14,000 nt of DNA from Takakia lepidozioides (lineage: Eukaryota > Plantae > Bryophyta). Shown here in pieces: positions 1 to 8,629 of this stretch. The notes below the pieces were generated by a model that saw only the letters and a list, made by a program, of their open reading frames with translations, searched no databases and was not told the origin of the DNA. The stretch lies in contig JAKLZA010000105.1 in the NCBI GenBank assembly GCA_030704615.1, forward strand, positions 1 to 14,000. Reading direction: 5' to 3'. Within the stretch, counting starts at the first letter, position 1. Each line of letters starts with the position of its first letter. The position numbers and the translations under genes are program-made.

Positions 1-39
1 TATGTGAGTCATGTGTCAAGAATATACCAGAGTAACGCC

Positions 40-331
40 ATGTCGGACATTGAAATGCGGCACCGCATTTCCATGTCGGCATGGAAATGTGGCGCCGCAT
101 TTCCATGTCGGGATCGAAATGCGGCGCCGCAATTCCATGTCGGGATCGAAATGCGGCGCCGCATTTCCATGTCGGGATCGAAATGCGGCGCCGCATTTCC
201 ATGTCGGGATCGAAATGCGGTGCCGCATTTCCATGTCGGACATCGAAATTCGGCACCGCATTTCCATATCGGACATGGAAATGCGGCACCGCATTTCCAT
301 GTGGGACAAGAAAATGCGGTGCATCATTTCC
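40..331. repeat. Tandem array of 9 units of 32-33 bp (ATGTCGGGATC-GAAATGCGG-YR-CCGCATTTCC)
   Basis: Palindrome centres read at 61, 93, 125, 157, 189, 221, 254, 287 and 320. The linkers are nearly identical to each other. Confidence 0.95.
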
Positions 332-392
332 GTCCAGGTACACGAAATACCAACACGGGTCTATAAATTGATCAGAAAACGAGGTTGGCATT

Positions 393-928
393 GCAAATGC
401 GGCGACGCATTTCCAGCTTGGCAATGGAAACTTCTTTTTGGACAAGGGAATGCGGTGCCGCATTTCCGTCCAACACTTCGAAAAGTGCACCTATTTCCGA
501 CCAGCGCGATGGAATGCGTTACCGCATTTCCGAGAGAGGGTCTGCAAATTGACAAATTGCGATGTCCGTTCTGGAAATGCGGCGCCGCATTTCCATGTCC
601 GTCATCGACTTTTTTTTACAATGGAATGCGGTGCCAGTTTTTGCTGATGGGTCTGCAGTTCGAACAACCACCATCCCCAATATGGAAATGCGGCACCGCA
701 TTTCCAATCCCGCCATGTCGGCCTCCTTGTTCGACCTCCTTGTTCGACCTCTGTAAGCGTGGTGGCATCCATGCAATGAGCGGGAGAGGCCAAAACTGGC
801 GTGTGGACAAAGGAAATTTTGGAAATGCGGCACCGCATTCCCAATTCAGATTACTTTTTACTATGCCAACATTGAAATGGAAAAATTAGTCCCTCCCTGT
901 TTTGGAAATGCGGTGCCGCATTTCCAAA
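393..928. repeat. Eight dispersed copies of the same 22-bp palindrome
   Basis: Centres at 403, 456, 520, 583, 632 (partial), 694, 831 and 914. The last copy extends to TTTGGAAATGCGG-TG-CCGCATTTCCAAA. Confidence 0.9.
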
Positions 929-1113
929 AGAGGTTCTTAGAGTTGCCAAAATTTTGGAAATGCCCTGACCCATTTCTGATTTTGGGAGCGTCCTGGTTTG
1001 GGCGATTGTGTGGCTGGAATGCACACTGGAGAGGGGTCACGAATGTCGGGCAGAATTTTCTTTATATACTCTGGAAGAGAATTTACATTTACAGAGACTT
1101 CATTAAAATTCTA

Positions 1114-4100
1114 TTAATCTTGAAAATCATCGGAATCCTCATCCTGTTCTAGACTGTCCTGCTCCTCCTCCACCCCCTCAGTGCCTCTCTCATCTCCAGC
1201 GGACTGCTCGTTGGCCAGGCTTTCAAAAATCCCATCTTCCCTTGCGGAACTGTCCATCTCACCTCCGTTGGGTCGTCCTCCTCCCTGTCTGCGTCGCTCT
1301 CATCCGCTGAATCACATATGTACTTTCGTACCCGTCTACCTGTCTGAGCTGCTGCCAACTCTTTCCTTATCCTTCTGTCCTCCCTAGCCCTCTCCAAAAT
1401 CTGCTCTACTTTACTGGGATTCTCACTTCTTCTAATCGCTGTATTTGCGAGTTTAGCTGCATAACTAGGAAGGGAGTAGTCCCTCACCGGGCTCGTCATG
1501 AAGTCGGCCCTCGCAAAGAACGGGACATTCTTCCTGGCAGGAAGTGTAGGCCCTACATGTTTCGACCCGGACCCTGCAATCCTGCACATGACAATCATCA
1601 ACGAGACTAATGAGAACCACAGTCGGGAAATTCCTTTGACATAAATGACCCAGAAGGCTTTGCAAACTTACAATGTTTGCACTCACTCGTATTCCGGGTT
1701 CTCCTCTGCATCAATGTCCACTGTGTCTTCCTCGGACTCCGACGAATCCGAGGAGACTTCCGCTCTGTCGGGAGCCTTCACATTCCGTTGCAGCCCCTCC
1801 AGATGGGATCCCCACACGGATGAATCCTCCTCGTAGGCAAAGAGGTGCCGGTCGGAAAACCGCCCAGCCCACATTGAGGCACCTGTTACAATGCCATCCA
1901 CACATTACCACATGGCGCTTCAGATGTTGCGAACTACATCCTAACGAGAATTTGCAGAACAGCAGAGATCAAGATTCTGCATACCTGTCCCACAGATGAG
2001 GTCCAGCACTGTGCCCTCCACGTCTGTGCATGTCTCCATAATTGTCTGAATGAAGGCAGGGCTCCGAGTCCGTGAGTACCGCAGGGGTTCCGTTGAAGTG
2101 AGGCTATGAGGGAGAAGTTCCTTGGGAACGTTGTTGAACAGAACGTCGTAATCGAGTGGGTCGCAGTTCGGGTCAACCTTTCCTCCTCCTTCCGGAAAGC
2201 AAAGGTGGAGTTTTCCTTCACAAAGCAGTATGCATCGAACTGCTTCGTCTGCATACACAGGGGGAAAACGATTAGAAACCGAATGCGGCACCGCATTTGA
2301 AAGCACCCAAGCAAATGAATGGACGAGTGCCAGTGTCGTAATCACCTTCTTCCCTTCCGACCGAAGGCCCAGTGTGTTGATGCACGTCCACTTCTTTTTC
2401 AGAATCGGGACGGCGCTCTTGCGGGTCCACTTCGCAATTCCTGTCTGAGTGTTTTTTCCTCTGCTCGCCAGGACAACCACACAGCCTCTGTCGTCCAACA
2501 CCATGCGGGCAAGCCCGAATCCTTTCTTCCAAAAGTCCTCCGAGTACCTGTTCCAAGATGGCAAAGCTTGCAGTCCTTCCACAGGCTCTCCGTCCGGATA
2601 TCCAAGATGATCATATCGCAAGACCACTCGGTGGCATTTCCGCCCCTCCTACAATCCTTGTCTGCACACACCCTCTCAAAGAACAAGACCATATTCTGAA
2701 ATCCTGGGGTGTCGGAAGGCTCTTCGGCAGTCGCCTTCTTCAGTGCTCTGCCCTTCAGACCCTCCATGGTCTTCATGTATGCCAACTTGGCTGCCCGTCC
2801 ATCCAAAGCCGCCAAGAAACTCTCATTTACACACTGGACTACAGTTTCGGGAGCCACTTTCGGCCTCTTCATTTCCACCGGCTCGAAAGGGTGCCCCCCT
2901 GGGGGGTTGAAGAGTGCCTTCTTTGCCGAGCCAGTTCTCGTGCCTCTGGTGACAACGGTGGGCACAGGGGAGGCAGCCTGCGTTTGGGGGGGTGGGCTGG
3001 TTGCAAAGTCTCCATCGGAGTCCTCTTCCTCACCCTCTTCCTGAACAGGCTGTTTCTGCTTCTTCGTTTTGGCGGGTGTCACAACAGCTGCTCCTTGCTG
3101 GCGAGTCCTCTTCTTCGACCCCTTCTGTTGGGCCTGCACAGCTGCATCCACCGTCTTTTGTGCCATCTCAGCTGCCTTTCTGGATCTTCCAGAGCAGCAG
3201 ATTCCTTTGCCGACTTTGGCCCAGCAGGGACACGTCTTTCCTTTCTCTTCTCTTCTGCCAAGGCGTGCAGATCTTTCTCAGACTCGTCAACAATACCGCC
3301 AGACATGTCCAGGTACCACGGGCATCCAACGAGATGCGCGGGATGCCATTGTTTCTGCATCTCGGGTGTGTAGACACAGCTTGGGCCCGCCACGGTCCAA
3401 GCCATGAAGAACGGGGGCTCTTGAGCCAGGGCCCCTGTCTGAAGGAGCACGTATTTCATATACCTGCAAGGCAGTCAGCATGCGTGAGCAAAACTTGAGA
3501 CCAACCTACTGGCAGAGTGCCACCGAAAACATAAAATGCGAATGCGGTGCCGCATTTCCGAGACAAACCTCGTAACCAGGCTTCGCATACAAGGGCAGCT
3601 GTGCTTCACCTGTAACAATTCGCATTGCAGCTTTCCCCGCTCCCTCCTGATGTGTAAACTCCACGCTCCTTCTTGCTGTCTGTAGCTCTCTGGCGAAAAG
3701 GTTGTCCTTGTACGCACATCTGAAACGTGTCACGTAGTCTTCCAATGTCTGTGTTCCATCCCATTTGACGTACAAGCCGAACGAATTTGTGTGCATTACG
3801 ACTTGCTCCTTTGCATTCGACATTACCTGCCATTCCCAAATGCATTGTCACGTAGCAGTTCAGGGAATTCATGTCAGAAAAGCAAATCTGGGGAAGTACC
3901 TTGAATTACCTGGAACCACCAAGTCATACGGTTGAGCCACACATCCACTGCAGGGTCGGAAACTTCCAGTGGAAAAGACCACATTGTCCTTATGCTCTCG
4001 GATGCATTCCAGATCGACAGCCACCGTGTCTGCCATTTCCGATCCAATGTCAGTGGCTGGAAGAGAGTGGCTATTGCTAGGAAGGAATTCAGTGCATTGA

Positions 4101-6227
4101 AACCTCACCTTCTCTTTCGCCTCCACACATGCCGTTGAGAGGTGATGCAGTTTCTCCAATTGCATGGTCGGCTGCATGGCCCGAGAATAGTGTTTTGCAA
4201 TCTCGGGGATGAAGTCCTTTCCAAGTGCCGGATCTGCAATTGCCACCAGCTTCACAAGCTTTGACTTGTATTTGGTTCTGGACTTGACACCGGCTTCCTT
4301 CAAGTGCTCAGTCAATGACTGCAATGTTTTGACCTGCCCCTCACTTTCCATGAAGAAGCGTTTGGCATGGGCCAAATCCAGCTTGATGTTTGACTGCCAA
4401 CAAAAACATGCAGAAGCGTTACATTCGATTCATGTGGAAACATTACTGGAAATTGGGGAAGGATGAGCAGAGGGAAATTGGAGCACGACTTACTTCGTAT
4501 ATCACCTCCACCATTCCATCCATAGTGAGACGATACCATGTCCGGTCTGTTTTTGCAACGGCTTTCTGAATGAGCTCCGGCTCCAGCATTTCCGCAAACA
4601 TCTGCGGATCAGTAAGACCAGTTTTCCTTCCTCCCCCTGTACAGCATATGTGCCATGTGGGTATGCACGTACGCATTCTCAGTGACCCTGCAAGGCACAC
4701 TCTCCAGTTCAGTACACGGAAGCACGGAATCAAACCAGAATGGAAACCGAAATGGCACCGCATTTCGAATGTGCTAGGGCGGGTTGAGTATCTTACGATT
4801 TGAGGTCCGCCTTGCATTCTTTTCTGCCGCCTTCACCTTGAGGATGACACACTCCACCATGTAATGCCAGCCAATGTGCTTGGCATGGTTCTGCTGATGT
4901 GTACTCCCACCAGGCGAGAAGTCGGTGATTCCCGTCCCACACAAAGAAACATTTTTCCCGACATATGGCCGAAGTCGGGATCACCCTTCAGCGTCGCCTC
5001 GAATTCGTGGTTGCGAGTGTGCCAGTGGGTATCCCACGTTGACAATTCATCGGCAGTGGGTCCACGGGTTTCGCCGTCCTCATTCTCTATGGAAACGTAA
5101 AACGCTGCCGATCCAGACGGTACCCTTCTCGAAATGCGAACTTGAGCTTATCCACATCTCCGGGAAGGGCTGCCTGACGATGGGAAGGGAGACCATGCGA
5201 CAGAGTGGGATTCGAAGAGTCCGCTGGAATACCCTGCTGCCCAGAACAGACTCTGCCAATGCTACTGTGTGTCTCCTCCAACATTTTATCCGCTGCACTT
5301 TGAAATCCTCCGGAGACATGTCTGTAGGTGCCGGTAGTGGCTGAGCAGGTGGAGCATCCTCAACTGGAGCTGCACTCTGGGGCCTGTGTGCGGGCAATTC
5401 TGCCACTGCAGAGGCCTCCTCCGGGCCTGCTAGCTCATCGGTGGTGAGGTCTGCCTGCGAACGTTCAGCGGCAGCACCCTCCTCCGGTACCAAATCGAGA
5501 TCAACGGTCGATCCCATTGCCTTCGCTGCAGCAGAGTCGGCCCCAACATCTGCAGGCGGGAAATCCTCAGGAACTGAGCTTCAGCTCGTGGAAGCGGTTT
5601 TGCGGGAGATTGTTCGCCCGTCGCCCTGATTGCCTTCTGCTTCCTCATCCTTGCAGGTGGTGAAGGTGTCTGCTGCAATAGAATCTGTCTTCTACCCTGC
5701 TGCTTCATTCGCGTTGGGGGGGGTGGTGAATCGGCCTGAGCCGGTTCAGAAGCCAGTAGAGGGACGGGCTGCTTCTTCTTCGACTTTGCTGGAGAGAAGG
5801 GCCCGACCCCTGCTGGCGATTCTCCATGATCGAAGAACGCGAGTCGATCTCTGAGACTTTGAACTTGCCCTTCGAAGACGGTCTTTGAATCGCAGAGGGC
5901 TAGGCCCGGCAGGAGTACCCGCGCTCGGGGATCGGGTGGGTGTACGTGCTGCAGCTAGCTCTCGGAACTTCCTGCGGCTCTTCGGATTCCTGCGATCCCT
6001 CCAGCACGTCCACCTTTCCTGTTAGGCATGCAAACATGTTCTGCATTCAAGTCTCCTAGCATTCAGTCTAAGAATTACAGAAGCAAAATGGGGGGTTCGG
6101 TGCTCGATCAGCTGCGCGCAGCCCGATCGCATGGAGCTCTCACTGGTGGCTGGGTTGCCTGAGTGGCCTGCTGCTCGGAGATGGCAATCTCCTCCTGTAG
6201 ACGCATCTGCTTCCTCCCCTTCGGCAT
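1114..6227 (-). CDS. Multi-exon ParB/Srx-like domain + beta-class amino-(N6A/N4C) DNA methyltransferase-like fusion, ~1,400 aa, frameshifted as given
   Basis: Hand-built model with GT-AG introns. Exons approx. 6227-6144, 6018-4797, 4687-4494, 4393-4109, 4029-3910, 3826-3569, 3463-2346, 2248-1985, 1882-1687, 1581-1114. Most junctions are phase-compatible (e.g. VIYE|SNIK, GKK|TKQF, CGT-G|ASMW, EY-E|IAGS). It ends in an acidic tail (..EQDEDSDDFQD*) with TAA at 1114-1116. The start (MPKGRKQ), the first intron and the 3569 donor are less certain. About 10 single-base indels must be corrected. Confidence 0.72.
1823..2625 (-). other. Beta-class (permuted) N6-adenine/N4-cytosine methyltransferase-like domain
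   Basis: Motif IV-like CDMIILDI[P]DG comes first (needs +1 C at ~2597), followed by ARMVLDDRGCVVV. After splicing comes RSPAFIQTIMETCTDVEGTVLDLICGTG|ASMWAGRFSDRHLFAYEED, matching the KP..l...li...t..gd.VLDPF.GSGtt..aa...gR..ig.E.d block of N6_N4_Mtase enzymes. Confidence 0.8.
4820..5225 (-). other. ParB/Sulfiredoxin-like domain
   Basis: Joining adjacent frames gives LRIPLCRMVSLPIVRQP[L]PGDVDKLKFAFREGYRxGSAAFYVS...GKMFFVWDGNHRLLAW...WHYMVECVIL. This has the early Arg, the l..l..s/f...G segment and the hydrophobic-DGxHR-xxA signature of the ParB/Srx fold. Confidence 0.72.
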
Positions 6228-6304
6228 TGGCCTACGTCCGAAGTATAATTTCCGGAGCTTGCGACGAGGTCTCCTGTCTGGTGCACGAACTCCCCCCCTC
6301 TCAG

Positions 6305-6400
6305 GTTCGAGCATAAGAAGAACAGAGAGAGGGAAAGGGGCAAAGAGTGCAGATGGAAAGGGCGCGAGAGGGGTGACTGAGGAGAGACACGACAAAAGTA
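6305..6400 (-). promoter_or_regulatory. CT-rich (Y-patch-like) tract upstream of the ParB-MTase start
   Basis: The minus strand is strongly pyrimidine-rich (e.g. CCCTTTCCCTCTCTCTGTTCTTCTT) about 80-170 nt upstream of the ATG at 6227, as is typical of plant core promoters and 5' UTRs. Confidence 0.35.
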
Positions 6401-6661
6401 GATGAAACGGCGGTGATGCACCACTTGGGTTCGAAAGGTTGGACGAAAGTGTCTCCTCGTGGAGTTTGCGTCATTACGAAATTCGAATCGTTGAGGGTAC
6501 GCCGCCGTCCGAAAATCAAACATCATTATCCAACGGTCAGGCCGCGCCGCCTCATGCCCTTCAGTCAGATAGAGTGCCGACATGTGCAGCAATTCCGTTG
6601 CTCCACGTGTTCACATTTCAAGGCATTTCCGTCCCAGCGTCTGATGAGTTGGAGCGAGAAT

Positions 6662-8200
6662 GCGAATGCGGCGCCGCATTTCCGTTAAGTACCATCACGA
6701 AGCTACACATCCGTACTTGTTGGAAGAAAATGCGGCACCGCATTTCCGTTCCACCTTCATACCTTAGTTGTTGAACGGAAATACGGTGCCGCATTTCCGT
6801 CCCACAGCTCCATGTATGAGATTCAGAAGGGAAATGCGGCGCCGCATTTCCGTTCCCACTTCACATACGTTAGTTGATGAATGGAAATGCCGTGCCACAT
6901 TTCGTTCGGGAAAGTATAGAGGTCTCACCTGGACAGAAATGCGGTGTGCGCATTTCCGGTCTGAAAGGTTGAAGGTCTCACATGGATGGAAATGCGGCAA
7001 CACATTTCCGTAGCACCAGCTCCAGGCCGAAATACAAAACGGAATGCGGCGCCGCATTTCCGTTCGAGAATGTCGGAAGGTGCGACTCGAACGGAAATGC
7101 GGTGCGCATTTCTGTACCCGTTGCGCACGATTTTCAGTCAGAATGGAAATGCGGTACCGCATTTCCGTTCTGTAGAGTATTAACGTCTGACGCTGGCGGA
7201 AATGCCTTCCCGCATTTTCGTTCCACAGCTCCATGCCTCACATACAAAACGGAATGCGGTGCCGCATTTCCGTTTTGGAATGTCGGATGGTGGGACTCCG
7301 ACGGAAATGCGGTACCGCATTTCAATTCCGATGTTTCAGGATATTTCATCAGAACGGAAATGCGGTGCCGCATTTCCCTTTTAAATCTAATACATTCGTT
7401 CTGGGAATGTTGGGAGGTGCGACTCGGATGGAAATGCGTTGCCGCATTTCAGTTCCGATGGTTCCACGATTTTTCAGTCGAACGGAAATGCGGTGCCGCA
7501 TTTCCGTTTGGAATGATGGTAGGTGCGACTCGGATGGAAATACGGTGCCGCATTTCAGTTCAGATAGTTCACGATTTTCAGTCAGAACGGAAATGCGGTG
7601 CCGCATTTCCGTTCTGGATAGTGTGAATGTCTCAACCGGTCGGAATTGCGCTGTATGAAGCTGTCGGAATCTTACTCGGCTCCAGGCATCAGATACAAAA
7701 TGGAAATGCGGCGCCGCATTTCCTTTATGGAATGTCGAAAAGTGCGACTTTGACGGAAATGCGGTGCCGCATTTCTGTTCCCGTTGTTCATAATTCTCAA
7801 TCAGAACGGAAATGCGGTACCGCATTTCCGTTCCACCTTCACATACCGTGCTTTTGAATGACGGAAATGTGCTGCAGCATTTCTATCCTCAGCTCCATGC
7901 ATCAGATACAAAATGGAAATGCGGCGCCGCATTCCCGTTCTGGAATGTCGAAAAGTGCGACTCGGACGGAAATGCGGTGCCGCATTTCTGTTCCCGTTGT
8001 TCATAAATCTCAATCAGAACGGAAATGCGGTACAGCATTTCCGTTCCACCTTCACATACCGTGCTTGCTGGATGGAAATGCGTTACCGCATTTCCGTTCT
8101 GAGAGTATAAAGGTTTCCCCCGGACGGAAACTCGGTGCCGCATTTCCGTCGCTCTGTTGCATGACCAAGATGCAATACGGAAATGCGGCGCCGTATTTCC
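6662..8200. repeat. Intergenic array of 29 palindrome copies, ~53-bp period, with a ~213-bp four-monomer higher-order unit
   Basis: Centres run from 6672 to 8189 with spacings mostly 52-53 bp; a few copies are degenerate (7208, 7652, 7873). Linkers of ~31 bp fall into recurring classes, and 7690-7855 is nearly duplicated at 7903-8067. Confidence 0.95.
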
Positions 8201-8629
8201 GTCCACCAGCAATCGACAGAATCACTCGTGACGGGAAATCTGGAACCTCAATGGGTTGCATTGTTCCGAAACAACACAATTGCGGCCAGTCTTGATGAGC
8301 ACAACTTGGTTGTCTGACCGTTTTAACCAGCAGTCCTGGCACTTGTCAGTGCGAACGTTCCTGTCTGCACCGAGAATACTACTGGATCCACCCTCAGGAG
8401 AAACTGTCAGGAGATGTTATTTCGTCGCCGAATCGGCCATCATTGTCATACTCACTGGCTATGGAATCAAACCTCCCACCTTTATGCATGTAGCTTGAAA
8501 CAATACTTTCCACTTCAATGTGCGACTTCCAATCGTCGATGGACTCCGCAGATCCACTTAGATGGTGCCTGTGAGCCTTGGTCTGTCGCTATACTGAACC
8601 TCGCACTTGCCAACTCCGTGCGGTGTTCG

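Noticed and set aside
722-750. 13-bp tandem duplication (CCTCCTTGTTCGA x2)
   Set aside because: It is real but an isolated local duplication with no evident function.
4-889. ORFs in the left array (e.g. 11..889, 292 aa) with KCGAAFP / EMRRRIS / NAAPHF repeats
   Set aside because: They are translations of a stop-free palindrome, and the same peptides appear on both strands and in all frames.
2558-3498. Plus-strand ORFs 2558..3373 and 2992..3498
   Set aside because: They are antisense shadows of the ParB-MTase exons and show no recognisable motifs.
6662-8200. CRISPR array (palindromic repeat with ~31-bp spacers)
   Set aside because: The spacers are mutually related and recur in a four-unit cycle, the repeats are degenerate, no cas genes are visible, and the context is eukaryotic with spliceosomal introns.
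6764-8342. Many overlapping 60-214 aa ORFs in the intergenic array
   Set aside because: Same repeat-translation artefact, with no independent protein features.
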